A stretch of 64,000 nucleotides of DNA from an uncultured Pelagibacteraceae bacterium (GTDB taxonomy: Bacteria > Pseudomonadota > Alphaproteobacteria > Pelagibacterales > Pelagibacteraceae), in assembly GCA_902543405.1 (NCBI GenBank), contig CACBYC010000002.1:13747-77746 (forward strand). The letters are read 5' to 3'. Shown piece by piece: positions 51,871 through 61,567 of this stretch. Below the pieces are notes generated by a model that was given only the letters and a program-made list of their open reading frames with translations, did not search any database and was not told where the DNA came from. A program made the translations under genes and the position numbers. Numbering within the stretch: position 1 is the stretch's first letter; every line of letters starts with the position of its first letter.

Positions 51871-53169
51871 TTATCTAAGTTTTAAGTACTCGCTATTAAG
51901 TAAGCCAACTGACTTTATTAATCTGTATTGAGCTAAAAGATAGTTTCTCTCAGCCTCGGCAAGATTTATTTTAGCATTGATTAGATTTGATCTCGATTGA
52001 AGAACATCAAATGTAGATCTATTCAATCCACTCTCATATTCAAAACTAATCCCTTCATTTGCAATTTCAGCAGCCTTAACTTGTGATTGTACGGCTCTTA
52101 AAAGACTTTTTGAAGACTCTAAAGTAGACCAAGCTGCGGTAACTCCTTGTGTATTATTTCTAAAAGCATTCTCAAGTAATAATTTTTTCATTCCTTTTAC
52201 TTGAAGATTTTTATTTATATTAGATTTATTCTTTCCTCCAAATTGAAATGGCCAACTTACTGTTGCTTGTAGTACATCTTTTTCCCTCTCATCATAAGTT
52301 GCGCTTAGGTCATCAGTATATGATCTTTCAAGTGAAAGTTTTGCTGTCGGAGATAAATCTGATCTTGCAATTTTTACATCTAATTCCGACTGTCCATATT
52401 CTATCTCAGCAATAATAAGATCTGGACTTTTTTGCTCAGATATCTTTTTTGCATCAACTAAACTTGGAGGTAATGGAACCTCAGAATTATAAATTTTTTT
52501 TAATTTTTCATTGCTGTTGATTGGTCCAATTATATTTTCATAAGCTAATTTGCTGGTAACGATATAATTTTGTGCTCCAATGTAACCTGCTTGTGCCCCT
52601 GATAAAGAAGATTGGGACTGTGCTAAGTCAGTTGCAGTTATTTGAGCTCTAGATAGTCTTGCATTATCTATTTCGAATTGTCTTTGGAGAAGGTTAACAT
52701 TTTCTTCATTAATACTTAGTTTTTCATAAGCAAGGATTAAACCTGTATAAGCCTCAATTGCTTTCATAAAAACATCTTGTTCTTTTTTAATAAGTTTTGC
52801 TTCAGATAAGTTTAGACCTAATTTACTTTTTTCGTATTTTGTGCCACGTTCACTACCATCCAAAAGTGTTTGTTCTAACTTTATAGAAGATGTCATTGGA
52901 TTTGTATTAGTTATAGAAGCATCAGTACCATTTTGATTAGTAAGTTTATTGGTATCTTCAATACTTTTGGTTCCCGTAAGAGTTAAAGTTGGAAAAAAAT
53001 CACTTTTAGAAATATTTAAGACTTCCTTTTGAACTTCTAAATTTTTTCTCTCAGCTTTAAGCTCTAAATTGTTCTGATAGGTCTGTCTTAATGCATCACT
53101 CAAAGTTGCTGCATTTACTGGTAGTATAAAAACTATTAAGCAAAAAGTGATTAAAGAGATTTTTTTCAT
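51871..53169 (-). CDS. tolC: TolC family outer membrane protein
   Basis: Signal peptide, two OEP-like repeats (S.FFPTLTL, YESGLNRSTFDVL). Confidence 0.85.
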   Translation of the reverse strand: MKKISLITFCLIVFILPVNAATLSDALRQTYQNNLELKAERKNLEVQKEVLNISKSDFFPTLTLTGTKSIEDTNKLTNQNGTDASITNTNPMTSSIKLEQTLLDGSERGTKYEKSKLGLNLSEAKLIKKEQDVFMKAIEAYTGLILAYEKLSINEENVNLLQRQFEIDNARLSRAQITATDLAQSQSSLSGAQAGYIGAQNYIVTSKLAYENIIGPINSNEKLKKIYNSEVPLPPSLVDAKKISEQKSPDLIIAEIEYGQSELDVKIARSDLSPTAKLSLERSYTDDLSATYDEREKDVLQATVSWPFQFGGKNKSNINKNLQVKGMKKLLLENAFRNNTQGVTAAWSTLESSKSLLRAVQSQVKAAEIANEGISFEYESGLNRSTFDVLQSRSNLINAKINLAEAERNYLLAQYRLIKSVGLLNSEYLKLR

Positions 53170-54092
53170 TAATTATATTTTATTGATTTAATTTGATGAT
53201 TTCTATTTAAATTTAATACAATTGATGAATATTTTGGAGCAAATTTAAACATATTTTGTGTGACCCTTTGGTAAGTCTGCATAAATGTTAATACCTCATT
53301 TTTGCTCATAACTTTGCTATTTGCTTTGTTTTTTGAGTTTAATTTAAGTAATGCCTCCTGTTTAAGCCTCCAACTTTGTAATAATTTGAAATTACCAGCT
53401 TTTAAAAATAACAAACAGTCTAATTTAGAAAATAATTTTTTATATTTTGTTTGTAGTTGACCATTTACATATTTTCTCCATTTTAAATTTTTATCTGCTG
53501 TTCTTTCAAGAGAATTAATCGATTTTTTTAAGGTTGTATTTTTTTCTGCTCTAGCTCCTACACACCATCCTTCAAAGATTATAACATCTGGTACCTTCTT
53601 AACTAGATACCAAGACTTTCTTTTTAATCTATCATCTATTGCCTTATTAAATTTAGGAAGTCTCTGTTGATTAAATCGCTTTTCCTTTGTTTTTTTAAGA
53701 AGATCAAAAATAAAGTTTACATCGTGAGTGCCCGGAACACCTCTGGTCATTAATAAGGGGTGAATTTTTTTAGATAATTTTATTCTATCTTCTCGGGTTT
53801 TGTATAAATCATCAATTGATATTTTAAAAACATTTAATTTAAAATATTTAGTTAGAATAATCTTTAAAATAGAACTAATTGTTGTTTTGCCAGTTCCTTG
53901 ACCTCCTGCTAAGCCAATTAAGTAAGGTTTAGATTTATTTGTTCTATTATTGATCCAGAAACTAATTGGAATTAGAAAAGATTTAATCATCTTTTCTTTA
54001 TTTTTAAATTTTTCCTTTGTTGTTTCTTGAGATCTTATAAACTTAAAACAGTCTTTACTAACTTTTTTATAACACGCAGTAATTGATTGCAT
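53169..54092 (-). CDS. P-loop kinase, D-glycerate 3-kinase/phosphoribulokinase-uridine kinase-like
   Basis: GGQGTGKTT, SIDDLY, RGVPGTHD, IFEGWCVG, WRLKQE. Confidence 0.8.
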   Translation of the reverse strand: MQSITACYKKVSKDCFKFIRSQETTKEKFKNKEKMIKSFLIPISFWINNRTNKSKPYLIGLAGGQGTGKTTISSILKIILTKYFKLNVFKISIDDLYKTREDRIKLSKKIHPLLMTRGVPGTHDVNFIFDLLKKTKEKRFNQQRLPKFNKAIDDRLKRKSWYLVKKVPDVIIFEGWCVGARAEKNTTLKKSINSLERTADKNLKWRKYVNGQLQTKYKKLFSKLDCLLFLKAGNFKLLQSWRLKQEALLKLNSKNKANSKVMSKNEVLTFMQTYQRVTQNMFKFAPKYSSIVLNLNRNHQIKSIKYN

Positions 54093-54099
54093 AAAAAAT

Positions 54100-54468
54100 T
54101 TATTGTTTTTGATCTAAAGGATGATTTTTGCCATCGTTCACTGGCACATCTTCAATTTCAAATGGCTCCACACCTTCTATACACGCTATATTTACACCAT
54201 ATATTTTAGGATTACTTCTAGGTCTGTTATGAGTATGAATTCCACAGATAGAACAAAAGTAATGTTTAGCGGTATTAGTATAAAACTGATAAAGTGTTAA
54301 TTTATCTTCTCCTTTTATAAGTTTAAAATCATCGGGTCCAAGTACTCCTATAATATAACCTTTTTTTTTGCATATTGAACAATTGCAACGCATGATTTTT
54401 TCAATACCACCCAATGGCATCTTAACCTCTGCTTCTATTGCACCACAATGACAGGATAATTTTTTCAT
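54100..54468 (-). CDS. GFA/CENP-V family Zn protein
   Basis: CHCG, CNCSIC, HYFCSICG. Confidence 0.9.
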   Translation of the reverse strand: MKKLSCHCGAIEAEVKMPLGGIEKIMRCNCSICKKKGYIIGVLGPDDFKLIKGEDKLTLYQFYTNTAKHYFCSICGIHTHNRPRSNPKIYGVNIACIEGVEPFEIEDVPVNDGKNHPLDQKQ

Positions 54469-54486
54469 AGTTTAAACTCCAAAAAT

Positions 54487-54969
54487 TTATCTTTTATTAT
54501 CTTTTAAATAATTTTTATATCTTTCATAACTTTCTTTAGGCCAAGTATTTTTTAAATCATACATTTTTTCAAAACAATTTGCATCATCAGTAAGTTTTAA
54601 CCATGGATCTTTATCTTTTGTAAATATATGCGCTTCAGGAGGAAAGTTTTCGGAATTATCTAAGGTTTTAGTTCTAACTGTTGATCGACCAACTGCCGTA
54701 GCATAATCAGTATAAATATAAGTGCCACATTTGTTACAAAAATAAGCTCTTGAGGTAGCGCCACTACCTGTTTTAAGTTCAGTTGACGAAATATTGCCCT
54801 CTATAATTAAAGTATTGTCTAGAACGCTCGTATTAATAACATAAGAAGACCCAGTTATAATTTTACAATCTTTGCAATGACAAGCTTGGGTGAATAAAGG
54901 CTTCTCTGTAATTCTATATTTAACCTGACCACAAATACATCTTCCTGTTAAGCTTTCGTTTTTTTCCAT
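54487..54969 (-). CDS. GFA family Zn protein
   Basis: GRCICG, CHCKDC, FCNKCGT. Confidence 0.9.
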   Translation of the reverse strand: MEKNESLTGRCICGQVKYRITEKPLFTQACHCKDCKIITGSSYVINTSVLDNTLIIEGNISSTELKTGSGATSRAYFCNKCGTYIYTDYATAVGRSTVRTKTLDNSENFPPEAHIFTKDKDPWLKLTDDANCFEKMYDLKNTWPKESYERYKNYLKDNKR

Positions 54970-55002
54970 TTATTATTTTAAACTATTTATGGTTAAAGTT
55001 AC

Positions 55003-55023
55003 CCACATGTATACAACATGTGG
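55003..55023. promoter_or_regulatory. Perfect inverted repeat in the divergent GFA/umuD promoter region
   Basis: CCACATGT-ataca-ACATGTGG. Confidence 0.5.
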
Positions 55024-55115
55024 TTTCGATGTTCACGTTTTGATTCACTTTTGATTCAGTTACAGACTCAAAATACAACCTGATTGACACTATTGAATAA
55101 CTTAGATATTAATTA

Positions 55116-55130
55116 GAACAAAATAAGAAC
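55116..55130 (+). promoter_or_regulatory. Alphaproteobacterial LexA (SOS) box upstream of umuD
   Basis: GAAC-aaaataa-GAAC ending 4 bp before the ATG. Confidence 0.88.
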
Positions 55131-55134
55131 ATTT

Positions 55135-55530
55135 ATGAAACTAACTATACCTTACTATTTACATAAAGCTGGCGCGGGTTTTCCTTCCCCTGCCACAGAC
55201 TATATTGAGGAAGATATTGATTTAAATGTTCATTTAATCAAAAACGTTCCAGCAACTTTCATCATAAGAGTTCAGGGGAAATCAATGGTGGATGTGGGAA
55301 TTAATGATGGCGATCTATTAGTTGTTGATAAAAGTTTAACACCAAAAAACTTCTCGACAGTTATTGCAAATGTTCATGATGAACTAGTTGTTAAAAGTTT
55401 AGTTCAAGAAAGAGATAAAAAATTTTTAACATCAGGTTCTAAAGAATTTACAGATCGAATTTTAATTAATGAAGATGAAGATATATTTATTTGGGGAGTT
55501 GTAACTTATGTCATCCATTCAGTATACTAA
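55135..55530 (+). CDS. umuD: DNA polymerase V accessory subunit
   Basis: AGFPSPA cleavage site, RVQGKSM, GDLLVVD, WGVVT. Confidence 0.93.
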   Translation: MKLTIPYYLHKAGAGFPSPATDYIEEDIDLNVHLIKNVPATFIIRVQGKSMVDVGINDGDLLVVDKSLTPKNFSTVIANVHDELVVKSLVQERDKKFLTSGSKEFTDRILINEDEDIFIWGVVTYVIHSVY

Positions 55531-56785
55531 AAAAATAGCACTTATTGATTGTAACTCTTTTTACGTTTCTTGTGAAAGATTATTCAATCCTAAAATAAGA
55601 AAAAAACCTGTTGTAGTTTTATCTAATAATGACGGTTGTATAATTTCAAGATCAACTGAAGCAAAAGCTTTAGGTATTAAAATGGGAGAGCCTTACTTCA
55701 AGGCAAAAGATATTATTATTAAAAATAAAGTTGAAGTTTTTTCATCTAATTATTCTTTATATGGAGATTTATCTAGAAGAGTAATGAGAACACTAAAAAG
55801 GTTCAACTCTGCTATTGAAGTTTATTCTATTGATGAAGCATTTTTAGATTTATCAAATTTTCCAGACAATGAAGTTGAAAAAGTTGGAAGAGAAATTAGA
55901 GAAACAGTTTTAAAGTGGACAGGTATTCCAACTAGTATTGGTATTGCCAAAACAAAAACTTTAAGCAAGGTTGCAAATCATATTGCAAAGAAAAAAAAAT
56001 CAGGTGTAACAAGTTTGATAGGAATTGAAAATATTGATCCTATATTGGAGAAAGTTGAAATCAATGATGTATGGGGTGTGGGAAGACAATTAACAAAGTT
56101 TTATCATAAAAATGGAATTTATAATGCAAAACAACTAAAAAATAAATCTAATACGTGGATAAAGAAAAATTCTAATGTTTTAGGTTCAAGAACTGCAATG
56201 GAGTTAAGAGGAGTTCCTTGTATCGATTTAGAAACAACACAAACAAAAAGAAAAAGCTGTGTTGTATCTCGTTCTTTTGGTCAAAGAATTGAAAAATATC
56301 AAGAATTAAAAGAAGCAGTTGCAAATTATTGTTTGAATGCGTCTGAAAAAATAAGATCTGAGTCTTTAATTGCAAAGTCAATTACAGTTTTTGTTAGAAC
56401 AAGTCCTTTTCAAAGTAGATTTGGATATTATTCAAACTCAAAGACAATAGATTTTGCAATTTCAACGAATAATAGTATTGAAATAGTTAAAACTGCTTTG
56501 ATTGCTTTAGACTCTATCTTTAAAAACGGTTATCGTTATCAAAAAGCAGGGGTAATGCTTACTGGTTTATCTAATGAAGATGGTAGCAAGAACCTATTTT
56601 CTTCTGAAAAAGATGAGAAAATAAAGGGCTTAATGAGGTCTATTGATAATACTAACTATCGATATGGAAGATCTACTTTAAGTCTTGCTAGTGCTGGTGT
56701 TCAAAAAAGATGGAACATGAGAAGAGAGCATTCTTCCAAAATAGATACAGCTGATTTCTATTTACTACCAACGATTAGAGCCTAA
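55508..56785 (+). CDS. umuC: Y-family DNA polymerase V catalytic subunit
   Basis: [36 protein letters not shown]. Confidence 0.95.
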   Translation: MSSIQYTKKIALIDCNSFYVSCERLFNPKIRKKPVVVLSNNDGCIISRSTEAKALGIKMGEPYFKAKDIIIKNKVEVFSSNYSLYGDLSRRVMRTLKRFNSAIEVYSIDEAFLDLSNFPDNEVEKVGREIRETVLKWTGIPTSIGIAKTKTLSKVANHIAKKKKSGVTSLIGIENIDPILEKVEINDVWGVGRQLTKFYHKNGIYNAKQLKNKSNTWIKKNSNVLGSRTAMELRGVPCIDLETTQTKRKSCVVSRSFGQRIEKYQELKEAVANYCLNASEKIRSESLIAKSITVFVRTSPFQSRFGYYSNSKTIDFAISTNNSIEIVKTALIALDSIFKNGYRYQKAGVMLTGLSNEDGSKNLFSSEKDEKIKGLMRSIDNTNYRYGRSTLSLASAGVQKRWNMRREHSSKIDTADFYLLPTIRA

Positions 56786-57793
56786 TTAAAAAGGTCTAGG
56801 ATTATTTGGATAGCCAAGATTTTCACAAGTACTATCGTTATCTGCATCAGCTGGTTTGCAAAGTACAACTGCTGAAGCACCATGTACTTGGGATTGATTT
56901 TTAAGCTGGCCTGTTATTTCATCACATCCACTCCATAGTTCATCACAGGAATTTGCTTTACCCACATTAGAATAACGAATAATTGCGTCTTTTATTGTTA
57001 AACCTGCATCAGTAGCATATGTCATATAATTTCTATAAGGTCCAAATTTAAATCTCACACTAGTAGCACCACCTAAAACATCTCCGAAGTAACTAGATCT
57101 GAGCTTACCATCTATCCAAAAATGTAAAAATCCATCTTTAGACCATTTAGCATTAATCAAAATATTTACCCATTTACCTTTCAACGGAGAAAATTTTTGA
57201 TCCAAATTAACTACATAATGATCAAAGAAAAATTGTTCATCAACTTCATTTTTTGAAACTCTATAATTTGGCCCATTGAACAACCAAGCAAAACTATTGT
57301 TATTTAAGTTATAAGAAGGGCCAACTGTTTTTTCACCTTTTCCATAAAGCATTTTAAAATCAAATAATGAGATATTATGTTTCTCGGTATCTACTTCATT
57401 TGGAATAAAATAACCAACTCTATACCACTTTGTTTTTCCTTTTTTTGTAGTTTGCTTATATGGCTCCATAATTTGAAATCTCTGAGCAAAACCTGGACTT
57501 CCCCACCTACTCCAGTCCATTTCATCCCCTACATCTGAATAGCTTAAATTAAATTCAATTCCTTTTTCCGCAACACCCATTCTATCTTCTAATTTATCAA
57601 AAAATTTTATTAAACCTGGACGATTTGGAACATTTCTAAGATTAAAAACCATTTTATTTTTAGATTGATTTCTAAGAACATAATTTGCAAAATCTTTCCT
57701 CTCTTGCTTTTTCATATTTGTATGCCATTTACCAGCGTACGAATATGATGGAATTAACAAGAGAGATAGAAGAATGATTAAAATTTTTTTCAT
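56786..57793 (-). CDS. Secreted polysaccharide lyase-like protein
   Basis: Signal peptide; KW.NI...KWSKDGFLHFWIDG, FKFGPYR, Cys-rich tail. Confidence 0.55.
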   Translation of the reverse strand: MKKILIILLSLLLIPSYSYAGKWHTNMKKQERKDFANYVLRNQSKNKMVFNLRNVPNRPGLIKFFDKLEDRMGVAEKGIEFNLSYSDVGDEMDWSRWGSPGFAQRFQIMEPYKQTTKKGKTKWYRVGYFIPNEVDTEKHNISLFDFKMLYGKGEKTVGPSYNLNNNSFAWLFNGPNYRVSKNEVDEQFFFDHYVVNLDQKFSPLKGKWVNILINAKWSKDGFLHFWIDGKLRSSYFGDVLGGATSVRFKFGPYRNYMTYATDAGLTIKDAIIRYSNVGKANSCDELWSGCDEITGQLKNQSQVHGASAVVLCKPADADNDSTCENLGYPNNPRPF

Positions 57794-57796
57794 AAA

Positions 57797-58708
57797 TTAT
57801 TTTGGTAAATTATTACAATCATGAAATAAGGCTGTTTTCTTACATTTTTTTCCACTTCTAAAAGAATCATAATAAGCAACTTGTGTTTTTACAGGAATTT
57901 TTCTTTTTCCATTGTAAATTCCAAAACGAAAACTAGGTCCCATTTTTTTTCCATCTTTTTTTCTTTTGAGCAACTTACCAAATGTTTTGCCTTTTGATTG
58001 ATAAACTAATTTATCATTAATCCATAAATCAATGAAACCATCCTCTTTATCAGTCCAATTTACGTTCATTAAAAAATCATGCCATTTGTTGTGCAAAGCC
58101 TTTGTAGGTATAATTAATTCTCTTCCATACCCCTCGCATTGGAGCACTCCATCTTTTTCAATTGTAACTCCTTCTCTTTCTAATTTGAACACTATTGGTA
58201 TTTCGGGACAATCTTCATCAAAACCAGAAGAATTAACTCTATTCAATTGCTTAGTATAGTCACTTGGCATTTTAAATTGTCCTAAGATTGTATAGGCAGG
58301 TCTAATATGATTTGTACCTTCGGGGATATACATAGACCATGCATACCAAACATTTCCTATATGCCCTTTTGCACTAGATGGATAATTTCCTTCAAAAATA
58401 ACTTCACTCCGTCCAGCTTTATTAGATCTATCACAATCTCGTCGATGGCAATCCCCATCTCTCATTTCAAAACGTAATGAATATTTTCCATCTCTAACAA
58501 TTTTTGTCTCATATCTTAAATTCCAAGGATTTGGTGCGATACGTCCATGTGTTTCAATTTTACCCCATGATCCTGTTTTCTCTGGCCATTTTATAAATTT
58601 CGAGTGTTTAAAAACATAATTTTCATCTAAATATTTTTTAGGCGGATCTTTTGCTTGAGCAAAAGATGAAAAAATTAAAATAAAAAAGATAATTAAAAGT
58701 TTTTTCAT
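57797..58708 (-). CDS. Secreted polysaccharide lyase-like (heparin lyase I family) protein
   Basis: VRDGKYSLRFEMRDGDC..RSE, WYAWSMYIP, LGQFK, WHDF..NW...DGFIDLWIN, FRFGIY, YYD; ATG 58708 overlaps the upstream TGA. Confidence 0.68.
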   Translation of the reverse strand: MKKLLIIFFILIFSSFAQAKDPPKKYLDENYVFKHSKFIKWPEKTGSWGKIETHGRIAPNPWNLRYETKIVRDGKYSLRFEMRDGDCHRRDCDRSNKAGRSEVIFEGNYPSSAKGHIGNVWYAWSMYIPEGTNHIRPAYTILGQFKMPSDYTKQLNRVNSSGFDEDCPEIPIVFKLEREGVTIEKDGVLQCEGYGRELIIPTKALHNKWHDFLMNVNWTDKEDGFIDLWINDKLVYQSKGKTFGKLLKRKKDGKKMGPSFRFGIYNGKRKIPVKTQVAYYDSFRSGKKCKKTALFHDCNNLPK

Positions 58709-59838
58709 TTTATACAATTAGCATTAAATCCAATTAGATTGTCTATGCCATACTTTGATCTTTTAGCTAAATAAGTAATATCTTTTTCATGTTTTATTCC
58801 AGTTACCATTTCCATTAAGGTATCAATAGCTATAGCCTCTTGATGTGTGTGCTTTCTAGCATTATGTTTTTTATATTGATTATTTTTTTGCTTACCATCG
58901 TATTTTCTTGAGGAGAAACTTTCATAATCAGTGATCCCTAAATTTAATACTTCTGCTGCTTTAGTAATTCTATTCATAACTAAGTCTGGAACTTTAGCCC
59001 CCCAATTTTTAGCTAAATAGATGTAACCTAAAGCTGAATTTAAACCATAAGAGTGATACCATAAGGCTCGAAACCCTCTAAAAGAATTATTATTGATATA
59101 GCCATCATCATAAAACACTTCCTCTATATTTTTAAATCTAAAATTGAATTCTTTTGCTGCTAGTTTTTTATTGTTTGTCCAATGAGCATAAGCTAAGTTT
59201 GGAATTCCTCCGTTTCCCATTGCATAAAATCCTTTTTCTTTCTCTAAAAATTCTTCAGGCTTAATAAATTTTTTATGCATTTTTTTAATATACTTGTTAA
59301 CAATTTTAATTTCTTTATCACTTAAGTAATCTTTAAGATAAATTGCTATCAGCAAATAATTTGTAAAAGCATCCCGTGCAAATTCATATGCATGATACCA
59401 GCAAGGTGCCTCGGGATTTCCATCTTTCCAACATTTTGGTTTCTTTTTTAACTCTTCTTTACCGATTGTATCTAGTAAAACATTTGCTTTAGCTATTTTA
59501 ATCAATATTCCTTTAGCAACATCAATGTCAGTTTTATCATTATTACCAATTGCATTATGGGTAGCAACTGCAAACGAGCTCATTGGACCAGTTAGATTTA
59601 GGTGATTTACACTTCTAGAATTACCCAGCGCCCATTCACTCATCCAATCTAAACGTATTAAGCTTTCAATTCTAGCTTTTTTATATTTAGATTTAAAAGT
59701 ATCACCGCCCACATATGAGCATGATTTAATCTTATCTATATAAAAATGTTTAGGAAAAGATATATCTTTAGATTTAACTTTTGCTTCAGCAGATAAACAT
59801 AAAAATATGCTAAATAAAGTTAAAAGAATTTTTTTCAT
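58705..59838 (-). CDS. Secreted alginate lyase-like protein
   Basis: Signal peptide; DG......RGFRALWYHSYGL resembles the RG.RAL.YH.Y motif of alpha/alpha-toroid alginate lyases. Confidence 0.62.
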   Translation of the reverse strand: MKKILLTLFSIFLCLSAEAKVKSKDISFPKHFYIDKIKSCSYVGGDTFKSKYKKARIESLIRLDWMSEWALGNSRSVNHLNLTGPMSSFAVATHNAIGNNDKTDIDVAKGILIKIAKANVLLDTIGKEELKKKPKCWKDGNPEAPCWYHAYEFARDAFTNYLLIAIYLKDYLSDKEIKIVNKYIKKMHKKFIKPEEFLEKEKGFYAMGNGGIPNLAYAHWTNNKKLAAKEFNFRFKNIEEVFYDDGYINNNSFRGFRALWYHSYGLNSALGYIYLAKNWGAKVPDLVMNRITKAAEVLNLGITDYESFSSRKYDGKQKNNQYKKHNARKHTHQEAIAIDTLMEMVTGIKHEKDITYLAKRSKYGIDNLIGFNANCIK

Positions 59839-59841
59839 TTT

Positions 59842-61008
59842 TTATTGTTTGCCAACAATTAAAGGTTGATTAAGATTAATTTTAAAAAGTTTAGCTGCAT
59901 TTTTATATGCAATCTTTTCTTGTACATCTGGGCTTAAAGATCCAATCATCAAACGAACATGCTTCATATAGTGTTCAACAAAAACATCATGTGCTGGGCT
60001 TTTACCTAATTTATGATCAGAACCAAAAAAATATCTATCGGAATATTTTTCCATCGATTTTGCCCAAACCTCATGTAATTTAAATCTATAATCATTTGGG
60101 ATATGCAAATCCTCAAAGCCCCAAAGAGAAGACCAATGAAATGCTATTTTCCAGTCAGTATATGTATTAGGACAATAATCAAAAATTTCTTCAAGGTCTT
60201 TTGTTGGCATCATTCCTGTATGAGCTATCACAATTTTTGCGTTGGGGTATTTTTCACATTTTTTTTTATAAAAATTTTTAAACTCTGTTAATCTATCTAT
60301 CCCATCTATTTCATGAAAAGGCTCCAGGTGTAAATTAATCGGCATACGGTGTTCATTGACAAATTTGAACGCCTTATCAATAATTGGGTTTTTAAGATCT
60401 AAATCTAATTGGGGTTGATACCCGCCATAAGGGGGATTTTTTTTCTTTTTATTATAGTGAACCAGTCCAGCTTCTCCCAATCCATAACATTGTCCTTTTT
60501 TAAATCTTTTAATAGTTTCTTTAAACTCTTTATTAACTTCTGAGTTCTTATATTTTTTTTTATTTGCTGCCATTCCAATAAAATTGGAATGACAATTAGT
60601 TAAAACATTCTGATGCTCTGCAGCAAAATCATAATAATAATTCCAATTATCTTCTGATTTGTAAGTATTTGGAGTTCCCATAATTACAGACATAAAAACA
60701 TTTGCCTTATTTGTTAACATTGGCAAATCTTCTATAAAATACTCAGTACCTATATCTAAAGCTCTTCCGGTGGATTTTCTAGGATGTGCATGACCATCTA
60801 TTATAGGTCCTAAATAAGGTTTATTTGTATCTCTTACCTCAAGATTATTAAGTTTATAACTGTCTAAAAGTTTTTTTGCTTCTTCACGACTTTCAGTTTT
60901 TCCAAACATAATTCTTTCATAAGCCCAGTGATCAAACTTATAATGATCATCAAAACTGTTGGCAAACGTTGGTAAAATTAAAAAAATAAAAAACAAAATT
61001 ATTTTCAT
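59842..61008 (-). CDS. Secreted amidohydrolase-superfamily metallohydrolase
   Basis: IIDGHAH, GLGE, NLHLE, VIAHTG, FFGSD, IAYKNAAKLF; signal peptide. Confidence 0.8.
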   Translation of the reverse strand: MKIILFFIFLILPTFANSFDDHYKFDHWAYERIMFGKTESREEAKKLLDSYKLNNLEVRDTNKPYLGPIIDGHAHPRKSTGRALDIGTEYFIEDLPMLTNKANVFMSVIMGTPNTYKSEDNWNYYYDFAAEHQNVLTNCHSNFIGMAANKKKYKNSEVNKEFKETIKRFKKGQCYGLGEAGLVHYNKKKKNPPYGGYQPQLDLDLKNPIIDKAFKFVNEHRMPINLHLEPFHEIDGIDRLTEFKNFYKKKCEKYPNAKIVIAHTGMMPTKDLEEIFDYCPNTYTDWKIAFHWSSLWGFEDLHIPNDYRFKLHEVWAKSMEKYSDRYFFGSDHKLGKSPAHDVFVEHYMKHVRLMIGSLSPDVQEKIAYKNAAKLFKINLNQPLIVGKQ

Positions 61009-61080
61009 TATCCAAGATTACCTAATCCTGAGCCGTAAGTCTATTTGCTTTAAAAATGGTTATTTGGTTTATCTATTTTG
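61006..61080 (-). promoter_or_regulatory. 75-bp promoter-like module, copy 2 (TAGACT-N17-TAATCT-N6-ATG)
   Basis: Reverse complement aligns ungapped with 13189-13263 (62/75). Confidence 0.72.
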
Positions 61081-61405
61081 GAACTTTGCCATAAAAATGT
61101 TTAATAATTTTGCCATCTTTAAGTTGATCTATTTCAAGATAAGTAAAGTTAGGATCAAATCCTTTAACAGTTTTAACTACGACCTCTGGAGTATCAATTA
61201 AACACTTAATTTCTGGTTCTGTGTTCCAACTAGTCATCGCATCTTTTATCATTTCCATCATTTCATCATAGTTCTTTATGCTACCGCCAAAACTTGATTT
61301 ATGTATAGCCTCACAATGTACTTCCTTAGAAACTATATCTTTGAAAGGTTCAATATTTGATTTAAAAAATTCTTTGGTTGCTTCTTCAATTTTACTGTAA
61401 CTCAT
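61073..61405 (-). CDS. Hypothetical protein, possibly NTF2/SnoaL-like
   Basis: 110 aa with C-terminal LKDGKII.H typical of SnoaL-like folds. Confidence 0.55.
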   Translation of the reverse strand: MSYSKIEEATKEFFKSNIEPFKDIVSKEVHCEAIHKSSFGGSIKNYDEMMEMIKDAMTSWNTEPEIKCLIDTPEVVVKTVKGFDPNFTYLEIDQLKDGKIIKHFYGKVPK

Positions 61406-61505
61406 ACTTTTTACTAATTAAATTAACCTTAAAATATTTATGTAAAACATTTGTTTAAAAATTATTAAGATATTGTTTAATTTTAATGTAAATTATAATT
61501 AAACT

Positions 61506-61523
61506 TTGTAATGAATTTGAAAT
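61506..61523 (+). promoter_or_regulatory. Possible Pho box upstream of the olsB-like gene
   Basis: TTGTAAT-gaat-TTGAAAT, 11-bp-spaced half sites resembling the PhoB repeat; weak in this AT-rich background. Confidence 0.3.
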
Positions 61524-61567
61524 AATTATTTAACATTAAATACATGTGAGTCTTTTATTTAGGATTC

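Noticed and set aside
55135-56785. umuDC as a marker of a prophage or ICE
   Set aside because: No integrase, conjugation or phage genes nearby; it has a host-type LexA box and composition like the backbone.
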